Shown here: one piece after another, positions 24,241 through 38,002 of the stretch | How the letters are laid out: each line of letters opens with the position of its first letter | Numbering within the stretch: the first letter of the stretch is position 1 | DNA from: Camelus dromedarius | Taxonomy: Eukaryota | Direction: 5' to 3' | Length of the DNA: 64,000 nucleotides | Assembly: GCF_036321535.1 (NCBI RefSeq) | Contig: NC_087437.1 | Location: 96,846,001 to 96,910,000, forward strand | The notes under the pieces: generated by a model | Databases searched by the model: none | Told to the model about the DNA's origin: nothing | The model's input: only the letters and a program-made list of their open reading frames with translations | Made by a program: the position numbers and the translations under genes

Positions 24241-26039
24241 TAATTGCAAATAACTTATTTCCAGAAGTATACTATATTATGAAAAGTGTGAGTTAAAGAA
24301 TACACAGAATAAAGGAATGTATCGTAAGTGTTCAAGTGTTGGGTACTATATAGTTAGGGAATATTCTTCTAGTGGACTTTGATTATTTGAGTTTTTATCC
24401 AATCAGCTAAACTTTATCTATGTCATGAAATTTTACAGTCGATGCTATACTTTTTAAATTTGTTAATGTTATAGGCCATCTCCTCCCAAAGCTGCACGCA
24501 TGCATACACACACAGATGTGCAAAAAATCCAGAGGACTTATATATTACATCTACTCCAAGGAAATCATCCATGGATCCCTAATACTTCATGAATGTTGGG
24601 GTAACAGCTCCTTATTTTAATAAAACATAAATATAGAAGTTAAGGTTTGTTCATTCTCAAATCATGTACAGAGAAAGACTCTGGTAATCCCTTTGAACAA
24701 GGCAAAAAATAAATACATGTGTGAGATTGAAATTTGTGATTATAATCTAAGCTTAAGTAACTCTTAAAGAGCAATACATTTAGAGTCCCAAAGGGACATC
24801 TCACCAACTCTTTTTTAGTCATTTTGTATCTTGGTAGCATTTCCATTATCATGGAAGTATTTTTTTTAAATATTAGCCTAAGGGAAAATAGAAACTAAAT
24901 ACTAAGAAAGTTTTATTATAATCCAAGAACTAAATCATAACATTGTGAAGTGAAAAATTTATTTGATACTAGTTTCAAGGATGTGATGAGGCCTGATGTT
25001 ATTTAAAGAAATAAATCTCAATATATATCAATTCAAAATAAAAAAAATAGTATTGCTTAAAAGACTAGTTACTAAGATGCTACCTCTTTGCATACACAAA
25101 TTTCCTTAATAATTACCGTTTAAATAACTATGACAATGTTTTTATGTACATGTATATAGATCTTCTAGTGTTTACAATAATCATGATGCTATTTTAAAGT
25201 AACAGTGAATACAACTCCAAGTGCTAAGCACATAGGAGAATGCATGGAAAAGACATTTATTAATGTAAATTTTGTCATCATTAACAATAATGAAAGATAT
25301 TTATTCAGCCCATAGATAGGTTATTCTTAACATATCACTGTTCTTTCAGATTGGGATTGTGTATTTGGAGGTTTTCATCAGTTATTTTTATGGGTTTGTT
25401 TGAGCTTCTCATTTTCTCTCTCTTAAAATACTTGCAAAGTAGCATAACATCTCTTTCTTTTGACCTCCCCTGACAAATTAAATATTCAACAACCCTCAAG
25501 CATCCATTGCCCTTGAGATCACATCATGATCTCAGTTAACACTTCTTTAGGCAAATCAGCGTAATTACCACACATCTAGAACCCACAGAGATCCTTCTTA
25601 GACAAAGGTAGCAGCAGATACTCTGCCACTGAGGGGTCAGGATTGAGGTTTACATGGCTCAGGGTCTTAGATTTGGCACTTTACTTCACATCTGGGTAAA
25701 AAGTATGCTTTCCCTTTAATAAACAAATGCAGAAAAAGGAAGCAATGAAATTTGTATTCATAGGGTATGATGGGAAAGAATATTCTATAACATCTATTTT
25801 GGATATGAAAGCCTTTACCAAAGTACTTTTTTTCCAGTTTTTTTTAAAGGAAATAAGGCAGCTGAAGCATAAAGTGAAGAGCTTCCTACTTAGTGTCCCA
25901 TGGCGAGGACAAAGGGATTTGCTCTCTCATTATCAGTAATGGTTTTACTGGCTCTTCTGATTGTATAGCTGAAAATCTTAATGTTGGTTTTGTATCTGGT
26001 GGGTCCCAGATACCTAATGAGTATCTGAAACCAACAGGA

Positions 26040-26280
26040 AAAAACAGCAATATGCACACACACTTGCTGCGTGCTAAGCACCGTTCTAAGTGTTTATAGA
26101 CTACTTAGTTCTTAGTTTACCCCCTGCAGCCACCTCATGATGTAGGCGATGTTACTGATTCATTTACAGATGAGGAATTTGAGGTGAGAAGAGGTTCATC
26201 TATCTTAATGAAGGTTGTGGACCTGGGTGGGGAATTTGAATCCAAATCTAGAAAACTTACATATTTAAACACTACTAAAC
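26040..26280 (-). mobile_element. MIR SINE
   Basis: gcaccgttctaagtgttt...catttacagatgaggaatttgagg. Confidence 0.75.
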
Positions 26281-27005
26281 TACATTGAACATTAAGGAGA
26301 TGTTTTAAATCACTCTACATTTTTTTCAAAAGAACGGTCACAAGAAGAGAAGGGTGACAACTATCCATGGACTCATCCAGAAGACACTAATTAGTTACTG
26401 TTAAGCATCGTGGTAGCTGCAGTTAAGAAAGATACGAATGACAAAGTAAATGAAGCTTAAGAAACAATACAAAGTTTAAGGTGTTTTTTTTTTTTAAACA
26501 AAGCTCTACTTTACTTTTCTAACCAGTTTGCATTTACATCAAGTAAGAAAATCAAACTATATGAGACAAAGAAACTTTCAACTGTGCCTGCAATTCTCAT
26601 CTATCTATTCTTATAACAACTATATTTAGAAGAGCTTTAAATAAAACGGTTGTAAGGATATACGTGTTATCTGGCTATTCTATGAATTTACTCTATGTAG
26701 TTTTTCTCTTTCTCTCTATTAATTTAAGTTTACTCCACTCAGTGTCTCCAGACAACTTCTCTGACCTGCTTCTATTCAAATGCACATAATGCCTGTAACA
26801 GTCTAATTTACTGATTAACCTTCAGCTTTTCTATCTACCATGAAGTCTCCCCTGAAAATTTACATCTAAATTACTTTAAACTATGCAGTTGAAAATACTC
26901 ACTTGATATCAACTATAGCCAATCACATATTGATATTTTACTGAATTTTTAGGTATTATTTCTTGAAGACCAGTTGTCTGGTTTAATTTTTTTTGTCATT
27001 CAGAG

Positions 27006-27211
27006 CAGCTCTATGTAGTATAATTTCTGCAATGACAGGAGTATTCTGTAATTTTGTGGTCCAATATAGTAGTCACAAGACACATATGGCTATTGAGCAC
27101 TTAAAATGTGGCTAGAGGGACAGAACAATTGAAACTTTACTTTTATTTAAGTCGAATTAATTTAAATTTAGTCACATGTGGCTAGTCACATGTGCCTATT
27201 AGACAATGCAG
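27006..27211. mobile_element. MER3 hAT-Charlie MITE
   Basis: gtccaatatagtagtcac...catatggctattgagcacttaaaatgtggctag...cacatgtggctagt...ttagacaatgcag. Confidence 0.85.
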
Positions 27212-27654
27212 ATCTGCAATGATGTATCGATATACGTAAAGCAGATATTTAATATATTTTGTTGAATGAATGAATGCATACACAAGGGTTCTCAGGTTCC
27301 TAAGAAATGTCTATTTGCCCTAAACTTTCATTTTGGAAGTATTACAGATCATTTTTGGAGGCAAACGTTCAAAGGATTTATAATCTTAGAATCATAAAAT
27401 TAGGCTGGGGAGAAACTCCAGATCATTTAATCATCCAAACCTTTACTTGACAAACAAGAGACAACTCAGTCCACGGAAGACATGTGTCCTTGCTTCAGAA
27501 CTACTTTGTGAAGAGGCAAGGACTAGAGCTCAGGGGTCAGTTTCTCCAGGTAGTGTTTTTGCCATAATATTCTAAAATTTTGTGGGTCATAAAATTTTTG
27601 TTTTTCCATTATCTGTCTGTTCATGACCTCCCCACAAAATTGTAAGCCTACTTT

Positions 27655-27980
27655 AGAATTCTGTTTTGGGGTTGCCTGAAAACAGACCATGAAGCCAGGA
27701 TTAGACGTAGTTTATTTGGGAGGTGTGGAGAACACCATAAGGGAAGGCTAAAGTAGCATTATCGAGCCAGATACTGTTGGCCTCACAGTTTAGTTTCATG
27801 AAGAAAATTCTGGGACACAATTTTAACATACACACTTCAGTGTCACCCAGTTTGGGAGGGTGGGATGGTGTCAAGTGAGAGAGCTGGAATATTGTGGATT
27901 GTCAGCTCCCACCAGTTCCCGGGCATGTGGAAGGCAGCAGATCCCAGGGATGAGGCAAGGTGGGGGGGATGTGGTGAGGC
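27655..27980 (-). mobile_element. ERVL-type LTR fragment (LTR33/LTR41 group)
   Basis: aacagaccatgaagccaggatt...gtagtttatttgggaggtg is the antisense of a typical ERVL LTR 3' end. Confidence 0.5.
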
Positions 27981-28083
27981 TTTTCTAGCTTCTGTCCTAC
28001 TTTGTTTTCAGTATAGGGCTAAGCTATAGGAGTTTCTCAGTTAATATTTGGTTTATTGAATATATATATATAATGGGAAGGAT

Positions 28084-28723
28084 TGTTAGAGCAGGCAGAT
28101 AGCTAGATATGAGCAGAGAAAAGGGGACACAGACCAAACGGCAGGAATTGGACAGAAAGGAGGGGCAGAGACTAAACACAGGAAACCACACATCATGTAA
28201 GCAAGCACCAGGGGTCTCTGGGCAGAGAAAGGAAAGCAGGAAATCTTTGGGCTGATAAGGGGCCACACCTTTTGGCCTGGAGACCAACAAAGAAAGGTCA
28301 CAAAAGGCAGGAAATTCTTGTGTCCAAATGTAACCTTTTGCTCATTATGCCCTCATTTCAATAAAATTAGCCTTGCAGATCAGACGTACCCATCATGCAC
28401 CAACACCATGATACTTCTGATCGAGACCAAATAAGGACAAAAATCCCTCCTTCCTTTGGGAAGGTGGAGTTGGGATGATAATCAGGAAATACAACCCCTC
28501 CTCAATGAATATTATCTCACTCATTTTTACACTCTATGTAACTAATTTGCCAAAGAAACTCAGGGCAGCCGCTTACCTAAGCCTGCCCACTCTCCCCTTG
28601 AAAGTGTACTATCCATCCTTTGATAAATCCTCACTTTACTTTTCTTAACCTCTACGTCTTGTCTCTGAATTCTTTCTGGGACAGGACAAGAACCTGGAAC
28701 ACCAGTTGGATCCACCGGCAACA
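28084..28723 (+). mobile_element. Intact 640-bp ERV1-class solo LTR
   Basis: TGTT...AACA inverted termini and a perfect 4-bp TSD GGAT (28080-28083, 28724-28727). U5-like tcttgtctctgaattctttctgggacaggacaagaacc. Confidence 0.9.
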
Positions 28724-29863
28724 GGATGTTTTGTAGCTCAAAGGGATAAGGTTCACAATAGCTTTATTTTAGTCTCAAATCTTAAGGAACTAAGAATTTT
28801 TAAAGATAGATAGAGATACAACTCTTTGTATCTCAGGAGCTAGCACAGTGCGTAACACAAAATAAATGGTATTCAAATTACTGTCATAACTTAATCTTGT
28901 CAATGTAATACAGCGAAGAATAACATAATATTTTGCTACTATACTGCTCCTACTACTCTTAACAGTAAATGCTAATTGAATGTCAATTATCTGCTTCTAA
29001 ATAATTTTCATATATTAGCTCATTATTCCTCTCTATAATTCTAACCTGCATGTACTACTGATCACCATAAAATCATCCTACAACAAAGCATAAGTAGGAC
29101 TTTTGGGGGAAAATGATATATAAACTATGATATTTAAAGTTATCATTTATAATTTAAAGCATTAGTATTATTTCTAATTTGGGAAATCTTTTATATTGGA
29201 ATCACTTTTGGTTTTGAAATATGGGAATGGAAGCCTAAGAACTTTGATTCTTCTTATGCATCTCTGTGGTGAAAGTCAGCTGCAAAACACTGCATGTTCT
29301 GAAGCACGCAATGAGGATGTGGCCATGAAAGAAAAGAAACCCAGAGTTTTGGAGAACATACAGATCTGGAAAGGAAAATATACTACTTCTCCCCTAAATT
29401 GCTTTTTCCAGATAAGAGATTCCAAGACTTTTGCTATAACCACCCACCATACACACTGAGCACCCACTAGGTGTATTAGATGTGATGCCTAAGACAAGCC
29501 ATTTCCTTGACTTTAGAACAGGTTTCTAAGTTTTTTCCCTCTTGGGAAGTTAACGTCTGCATAGCATATTTGATGTCTACATTGTGGTATAATTTTACTA
29601 ACCAGAAAGTAATAAGATGGTAAATACCTTTGTCAAAATTAAACTTCCTTAGGTATAGAATCATTTGGGAAACAATGGGTTGAAATTTGGGTAAAAATGA
29701 TGTTTAGTGAAACAATTAAAATAGCTTTCTATAATTTTACTTTAATTTGTTTACGTTGAATTATTTTCATTCTTTTCCCTCCAGTATCAGCGCATGTTAC
29801 CAAATAGAGAATGTTGACGTGCTACTAATAGAACTACAATAGTGAGATACATAGAGGCAGGGG

Positions 29864-30085
29864 CAGTGGTTTGCTGAAGCCTGTACCAGCTCAGCTTGCT
29901 CAGCTGATCATGTACGGCATCTCTTCTCAATTCCAAGTTCAGTAAAGAGTCTCCACTTTGGTAGCCTGAAATCCATCATGGTGAGAATACTTTAACTACA
30001 GAATTTGTAAATGTTACAAATCAATTGTCCTGCCCCCCCACCTGTTGTTAAACATTTAGCAGCATCATTTACCAGTATGCCACTG
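29864..30085. mobile_element. MER63-like hAT-Blackjack MITE
   Basis: TIRs cagtggtttgctg / cagtatgccactg; internal catctcttctcaa...ttggtagcctgaaatc...tgttaaacattta. Confidence 0.85.
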
Positions 30086-32179
30086 CATAGCAAAGCCTAT
30101 GAGGCACCCTGGAACTCATAACTAATTTAATTCAGCACAAGATTTATTTGTAGAAGTGTCTCACCTGTATGATACATCAATAATTAGGTGACCAAATTGT
30201 TTCTGGAACAAGTCATGAATCGAGAGTTGATATGTTGCTTTATATAATGACTGGCTCTACAAGGTGAGAAAGTAATGGTATACACTAGTAGTTTTCTAAC
30301 TGAGATTTTTATTGTAATTAAATTTTTTTTCTTTAATTCTGGGACCATCACAAGGTTTCTGATTTTTATTTTGTTATGGAAATCATAAAAATATATTGCC
30401 ATCTCTTCTCATCTTAATTTCACAGCTAAAAGAACATTTAATAGTAAAATGGGAAAAATAGTTAAAAATATATAATCTAAGAATAAATTATAATTCTTCC
30501 TAGGAAAGAAATTTTTTTCATTCTTTCACCACCATATTATTATTACCAGTAAAAGTTTTCTCACAAGCTGGACAGGCACTTTGGAACATACGCACAATGA
30601 CTGGTGAGATGTTTTTCTTAATGAAAAGTTAGTAGTAGTTTTTCTTACTATCAAAAGAAAATAGTAAGAACAATATCCTGAAAAGTGATAGTATCCAGCT
30701 TTGAACAATGTTGAGAGAGCTGAGGTTGCCAGACAGAATACCCAGCCATACAAAAGCCACAGAGGGTCCATGGCTCTCTTAGCAGAGGATTTATCAATTA
30801 TCTAAATTCCTGGCTTCCTTCTCTATGCTCAGTCAAGTAGAATTTCTTATAAGAAAATTTTTTCAGTATTACTTTTCTACAGAGAAAATGTGACCACAAG
30901 CAAGTGGTCTCTTTACCATTGTCTCTCAGTAAAATTTATCATCTCTCACTCTGATTCATCCATTAGTCTCTGATACATTCTGCTGATCTTGATAATTCCT
31001 GGGTGTTGATAACATGTAATTTCACAATGAGCAAATTGAGGACCCTAAGTAGAGACAAGGTAAATTGACTGAAGCCTGGCCTGATCGACTACTGTTCTCA
31101 CAGCTGATCAGTCACACCCTAGGATCAACACTGCCCCATGTCCCTCAAACTACAGTAAATATTATTTCAGTTTATTTGAAAATTTTTCACTCTTTTTCAA
31201 ATGAGGCCTGATGTCATTATTCCTTATGTAATTACTTCTAGAAAGACACTGCCAGTGTATCTAAATGTTATTTTTCTACTACTGAAAATTTAATAGGAAC
31301 AGTGTATTTTATGTCACCTCTTCTTCAGATCAGAAGACTGAAACATGAGGAAAAAACAAACCCTTGTACAGTAGCAAATTGAGCAGGGAAGCACAGTCAG
31401 GTGTGTGTTTGGCATATTTAACACAGCAGACCAATAGCTGTAAATTAACCACGAATTTGCTTTTGTAAACGAGAATTATTATTGACATTTCCAGCTTGAG
31501 GGGCCACTGAGAGTGAGTAAGTTGATTGTTGTTCAATTATTTAATTAAGTTCCAGGAAAGATGTGAATCACAAGGTCAGCCATCATCTGAGCTGAATTAT
31601 AGAAACAGAGTGGTATTGGTCAAAAGGCAGACTGCCATGATCACTGAGAGCATGATACAGACTGACTCTCTCAGTCAGCTGGGATATTGACAAGGGAAAA
31701 TGTGGAAAACTAATTTTGAACTTTTGGATTAAAATGACTTAAAAAAAGAATTAGAATCCATGAACAATTTAGTGAGTAAGCAGGTAGTCTATTTTAGTCT
31801 ATGTGATCTCAGAAGAGCCAGTAAATAGGTACAAATACAGAGGAAAGTTTTTTCAAAACCATTTCAAGCCCAGACAACAGTGATGACTATTGAGAATAAC
31901 AAGGTACCAGTATTAATAGTAAATAGAAGTACTGGCCCTTCAAACTATCACTTAGAGATACAAAAGTAGAAACACAGGAAATTCATTCATCTTTTAGGTT
32001 TTTAGATTTCTAAATATGTGAAGATGTTTACCATATGCACTTTATGAACATAATTCAGCTTTTACAGATGTCTGTATAGTAAAATTTGGGCAGAACATGA
32101 TATTCATTGCAATAAGCTATTAAAATCTATGTAGAATATTTCTTTCAGGGATTAGTATATGTGCAAAGAATAACTAATC

Positions 32180-32890
32180 TGTTAATTATCAGCTTGGAAG
32201 GAGAATTACTTTAATTCCCAAGGGGTGTGTGTGTGTGTGTGTGTGTATCCTTTATGATCAGTTGCACTTCTGATAGAATGACAGATGTGAGCAATTGAGG
32301 GAAAGCAATAGATCCAATACAGTTTTATTTCATAAAGCTTCTGGTCTTGTACCACATGCCAAAAGTCATCAATAAATTGAGATATATTGTCTTGATTCAA
32401 CCACCATTAAGTTACACCATAGAGCTATAGGATTATAGCCAATGAGTTGTATTTGATGGGTCACTGCCAAGTTCAGGTGACATAAGTAATGTTCCACAGC
32501 GGTTGGTCCCAGACCTATTGTTGAGCATTTTAATCAGTTACTTTGATGACTGAATCATGAACATGATCGTTAATTTTGCAGATAAGTTGTGGAGAGTGAC
32601 ATCTTGAGTATTTCAGAGGAAAAGAATGAGAATATAAAATAATTTTAGGAAATTCCACAAGTTTTCAAAATTAATTATGATGAAATTCAAGAGGAACAAA
32701 TAAATGTTAATGTGTTAACTGAAAAAAAAATTAGGAAATATGAGTGAGGAAATGCTGTCTACACATAACCATGATTAAAGAAAGTCTGAAGCACCACAGA
32801 GAAAGGAATAAAAAGTCAAATATGGGTACACAATGTACTGCAGGAGTTAGAGGGAGCAAGAGATTTAGTTACCTGAATGAGGTAATAAGC
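32180..32890 (+). mobile_element. CR1/L3 LINE reverse-transcriptase relic
   Basis: Hand translation across frameshifts gives DRMTDVSN*GKAIDPIQFYF, KASGLVPH, Q*VVFDGS, NVPQRLVPDLLLSILISYFDD, MIVNFADKL, MKFKRNK and KSNMGTQC, collinear with CR1 RT motifs. Confidence 0.8.
32225..32246. repeat. (GT)11 microsatellite
   Basis: Perfect GT run. Confidence 0.95.
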
Positions 32891-33110
32891 ACCACAGTAT
32901 GGTGCTGTGGACAAAAGATTTGGGACAGAAGACCTGGAATTGAATCTAAGACACACTCTTATTAACTTTGAGCTCCTGGGCAGAGTCATGCTGTATCTCT
33001 GAATCTCAGTTCAAAGATGGAGGTGATAACAGTCTCAAGCTCAATTAAATAAAAATAATTGGGATAATTTGTGTAAAAATACATAGCGAATTTTAAATCA
33101 CTGTATTAAT
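32890..33110 (+). mobile_element. MIR SINE
   Basis: cagtatggtgctgtgga...cagaagacctggaattgaatc...ctctgaatctcagtt. Confidence 0.7.
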
Positions 33111-34645
33111 GTTGGTATTTGAAAATAATTTGTAATGGCAATAATATTCTCTCAAATTACAGATATTTTATTCACATTTTGTAGGCTTTTTGGAGTGCTT
33201 AAAAAACTTAAAGGACTTAGATAATATCTTCTAATAGAAGATGTCAAGTTGCATTTGAAGTTTTTAATTTTTTAACCAAAATGTGAAAAGATCAATATCT
33301 CTAGAACAAAAATAAGAAGTAAGCATTTTAAAATTACTAATTAATCCAGAAATTATATTTTGTTAACTTTAGTATTGAAGATTTAACTTTTGCTTTAAGC
33401 CAAGGTTATTAGGCTCTGGCAGGCTATGACATCTTTGATTATGTAAGTTTCAAAAGAAAAAAAAAAAGATGACTACATTTTCAGCAATCTGAGACTGGAT
33501 AAAGTCCAGGAGAAATACCATTTGTGTGTTATTTAAAAGATCTTTCAGTGAGACTTCCTGGTTTAGCAGTAGGTCTTTTCTTTCACTCTTTTTTCAGTTT
33601 GCTATCCCCATTCATTGTTTTGACTAGCCTAAAGTCAGTGCTCTGTTGATTTTTCTAATGCAGTAACTAACTCTTTATTTTTCTAGTATACAGAGACTTA
33701 CGTTTTTAATTCTCCTTTAGTCTTAGGCAGAAGAAGGAGACAATAGTGGGAAAAGCAAACCTCTAGTCTGAATGCGGACACAGGAATACAGAATCCTGTA
33801 CAAATAGATGGTGACTTTTTATAACGTATATGCAAGTGGAATCCCCAAATATCTATTTCCATACACTTACGGAACTAAGTTTTGATAGGATCCAGATAGA
33901 AGTGAGGCTTAGAGGAAACCACTGAGGAAAAGGTAGAAGCTTAAGGATATAATGTTAAAACAGAAAATTAAGCATTTTTCTTTAAAAAATTCATAGTTTT
34001 CTTTACTACTGCTCCATGATTGAAACACACAGCCTTGATGTGGTAAACCATTTCTCCTGATAAAGTAAATTAATTTACATATGTGGTTTACTACATACAC
34101 AGATCTCTCTATATATTCTAATTTATTGGTGTGAAACTCTCACTGATCCAGAAGAATGCATATTGAAATTGCTTGGTAATGTGAAATCTGTTCAGGAAGA
34201 TTGGAAAACCATACTATATTCCCAATAGATTTTATTGTCATTTATAACAGTTGCATCAAAATAAACTCATATGTACTCAACTGCAAACAATGTTGCATGA
34301 AGAATTTTAACCCCAAATAAACATGTCGTTTATTCAAATACGTAAGTGCCAGAGAAACAAAAAATCTGATGCCAAAGTCCCTTAGCAACAAGGAACTAGA
34401 ATGCTTTTAAGAAGATTAACATCCACTAAAATCACTAAAATAACCTAAACCCATTGAAATTTAGAATCCCAATATTTAATGATGATGCAGTTTAATACTT
34501 TCACCTTATTGTCTTAACTTGAAAGGATACCAGATCTTATATTTTTTCCCCCTTCAATTCAACCCCCAGTGATATAGAATCAGAGTAACCTAACTCTTCT
34601 ATTCTCACCATGTATAAGAATTTTTACTGCTTGTGGTTTCCAGAA

Positions 34646-34798
34646 CAATGCTTCCAAAACATTAATGTAGAGACAAATCACCTGGGAATCTTGTAAAAAT
34701 GCAGATTTTAGTCTGGCAGTTCTGGGATGAGGCCCCAGATTCTGCATTTCTAATAAACCACCAGATGATGTCCATTCTGCTCTCAAGCAATAGCAAGG
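34646..34798. mobile_element. MER5A hAT-Charlie MITE
   Basis: aatcacctgggaatcttgtaaaaatgcagatt...ctgggatgaggccccagattctgcatttctaataa. Confidence 0.85.
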
Positions 34799-35399
34799 TC
34801 CTGGAACACACAGAGAAGAAATATTTTACCAAATCTTTAAACCATCACAAAAGTTTTTGTGTAAAAATCCTGCAAAATGAAGAGCTCAATAAGAATACAA
34901 ATATGCGGTGGGGATTATGACTGAGTCCTCAAGAAGTAGCTAAGGAAACTGAGCTAAAGAATATTGTACCTACCACAGAGGCAAGTGCCCCTGTAGTCCT
35001 GTCAAGAGGTAGTACTGCTTTAAATTTCTCGTTAATACTCAAAACATTTACTACACCAACAACATAATGCATTACAGATGAACTAGTACTCTAGCTTGAG
35101 TCATACGGTGCCTCTCAAAGCTTAATTTGGAAGCAGATTTTGAACAGCACCTGATATTAAAAAATACTATGTACTTTTAAAACATGATGGTTAACAAAGC
35201 ACTATTAAGGACAAAATTGTGAGCAAAGGCTGTGATTGATGGTATTTAAAAAACAAATATAACTAATTACAAGATCTTTCTATACAGCTCAGATGGAAAT
35301 TCTGTAAAAATTGACTCGACTTCTACTTGTTAGATTAGTAGTAAACAATGCTATTGATTTTGTTATCTTTAAATGTGTGAAAAGGATGTACGAGTGGAA

Positions 35400-36060
35400 T
35401 GAGCATTGGGTAGGGGAATGAGAAGCTCTGAAGTAAAATTATTACCTGTGTGACCAAAACCTCCATGAGCCTCTGACCCTTTAGTTCAGTGGGGATAGTA
35501 ACTCATATATAGAGAGAGAGCTGGGACAAAGAAATAAGTAATGCATGGAAGAGCCTTAGCACTGTGTCTGCCCATGGTTAGCAACCCAAAATTATTAGCT
35601 TAAAATATTAGTACTCAATAATCTGAGTTTCTGTGAACATCATATCTTTCACCATGTTACTCCTAATAACAACAGTAATAATATTGATTCCACCATTGAT
35701 TGAATACCTACTTTATCTCAAGTATTGTGTGAAAAGCAATAAATAATCTCATTCAATCCTTGTACGTGTCTGAAGTTTCTATTTACTTAAGAATAATCAA
35801 GTCCAGAAAAATGAAGTGGTTTGCCTGAAGTCCCTAGAATTTACTATCAGAAGAACTGGTATTTCAGTTTAGAGCTGTCTAACCTCAGTATTCCTGGTCC
35901 TTCCGGCTGTAGTGAAGTACAAAACTGTCCCCTGGGGTTATCATCATCTGTTAAAAGGGATTAATAATGCAGACCACACATACTTGTTTTAAAAATTGAA
36001 CCACATAATGAATATTGAAAACCACACACAATGCCTGGTGCAAAGTTAGCAACCAACACC
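35400..36060. mobile_element. Cluster of MIR fragments in both orientations
   Basis: acctgtgtgacc...cttagcactgtgtctg (+); tgattgaatacctac...aagtggtttgcctgaagtc (-); catcatctgttaaaagggattaataat...acaatgcctgg (+). Confidence 0.6.
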
Positions 36061-37272
36061 TAGTCCCTGGATATAGCCATAATTGCAGGGAATACGCATA
36101 ACCCCAGATGAGTAATGGAATGAACGTTAGTTTTGAGGTGGGCTTTGCTTACAGTAGCAACAGTGTGGTAAGGTTTTCAATCTTACGACTCTGTCATCAG
36201 CTTCTGTTCTATCTTTTACTACTGTCTATGCAGTGTTTTCCGTCATGCCTTTGATACTATTTAGCCAGATATAACATAACACTATTGCGGCAAAATAAGC
36301 ATTTTGCCTTCTTTGGATTCCTGGCAGAATATTCCAAACACAGCTTCCCTTTTGCTGATGCTGTTAATTGCACAAATGCTCATGTCATCTTGTTTAGACT
36401 ATGGTTTCATCCTGTTTTGACTATCATGTTGCCCTTATGCTGGTCTCCCTGTTGACAGACTTCAGCTGGTACATACTGTGCCTTGGAGTCTGATAGGCAT
36501 CAGCTGCAGCAAATAGACAATTTCTCCTTCAACTAGCTGCCAGACTCAGATTCCTATTAAATTGTACTTTTAATTCTCCTTGAGAAAATCTTTTTAGATT
36601 TAGGTATGAAAGCTGTCCTTCTTTCTTGAATATTTAGAAATGCCTAATAAATACTCCCTTTTCTCATATGTGCTGAATTAGGTGGCATGAACAAACAAAA
36701 CAAAGCACCAATAGCCCTTTCTGTTATATGTTCCCAACAGTGGTGCCTTGTACAAAGCTACTAATTATGTTTTATTAGTAATTTTCAGGCTGATGAAATT
36801 GGATTTATTACATGTACAGTAAAAAGAGAAGATGGATGTCAGAACTGTTAATGTTCCCTCTTAAAAAAGAGGCAATTTACCAGCCTTCACCCAAACAAAT
36901 TACCATGAATGTTGGTCAGTTTAGTTCATGGTTTTTTCAAAAAATATGCATTCCATATATTCCATTTTGATTCCTCTTTTATATTCGTGGTATTAGCTTA
37001 CATAAATTACAAAGACCAAAATTTAGGGACACTGAAGAAAAAAGCAGAGGAACCCTGTTCAGGTGCACAGTGGAATATTAAAATCTGTGTATGACAATCA
37101 GAAACTCTGTCAGTCATCTGGAGCCACATGTGTCCTTGAATCCAAAACATGATTACCACATACCTGGGGTAGTACAAGTCTGTAACTGCTTCTATCTGGT
37201 TCTTCTCTGATGTGATGGCTCTTGCACAGTGCCATGAGATTTTAGTTATCTAAAGAGTTGTTTTCACTATAC

Positions 37273-37775
37273 TGTGGGCATTTCTCTCTTTTTTTGGACA
37301 CCTGGTGAACATCATCTCTCCTTTGTTCCTACCTACATTCCTATTTCTGTTTGGAGAATTAGCTCTACCTTCTGTGTGCAGTCTTGGTACTGTGGAAATC
37401 CAGGTGTCTCCCTTTTACTACTATCAACAGAAAGGATCAGAGCCCTCTACTCACTGCATGGTTTTGTAAGGGAGTGGACACGTGGCTTATATTTGGCCCT
37501 CAGACATTCCCTTCAGGGACTTAGAATCTTGAGGGTGTGTCATAAAGTTAGTTGGGAGTCTTTCCTTAATTAAAAAGGCCCCAAACAAAAAACGGATCTC
37601 AACAAACATACTTATTATGAGTAATCTACAATTCATACCCCTCCTTTACCTGGGGCTACCCAAACCCTGCTCCTTTGTCTCCTGACTTCTCTTGGAATAT
37701 TTGAGCTCAGACTATAATTATGGTATTTTATTTGGCTTATTTTAGCAAGCCTTTAATCAAAGAACTCTGGATGCT
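37273..37775 (+). mobile_element. Old ERVL LTR (LTR16-like)
   Basis: Starts tgtgggcatt; contains gtggacacgtggcttatatttggcc and an LTR-like end ...aatcaaagaactctg. Confidence 0.45.
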
Positions 37776-37953
37776 TCTAACTCAGGAACTGTGCATGATG
37801 ACATCTTCCTACTTTAAAATTTTCGATTAATATGATTGTTTACAGAATAAAATATCAATCATTTAGAATCTGGCTCAATTTTACACTCCAACATTGCCAG
37901 TTTTACCCAAACAAATGCTTAACTTGAGGTGGACTGACTTATTCATGCATGAC

Positions 37954-38002
37954 TGTGTGTGTGTGAGTGTGTGTGTGACAGTGTGTGTGTGTGAGTGTGT
38001 GT
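37954..38002. repeat. Imperfect (TG)n microsatellite
   Basis: tgtgtgtgtgtgagtgtgtgtgtgacagtgtgtgtgtgtgagtgtgtgt. Confidence 0.9.

Noticed and set aside
24986..31218. Shared 18-mer atgaggcctgatgt(t/c)att at 24986 and 31201
   Set aside because: Several exact 14-mer matches are expected by chance in a window this size, and the flanks do not extend the match.
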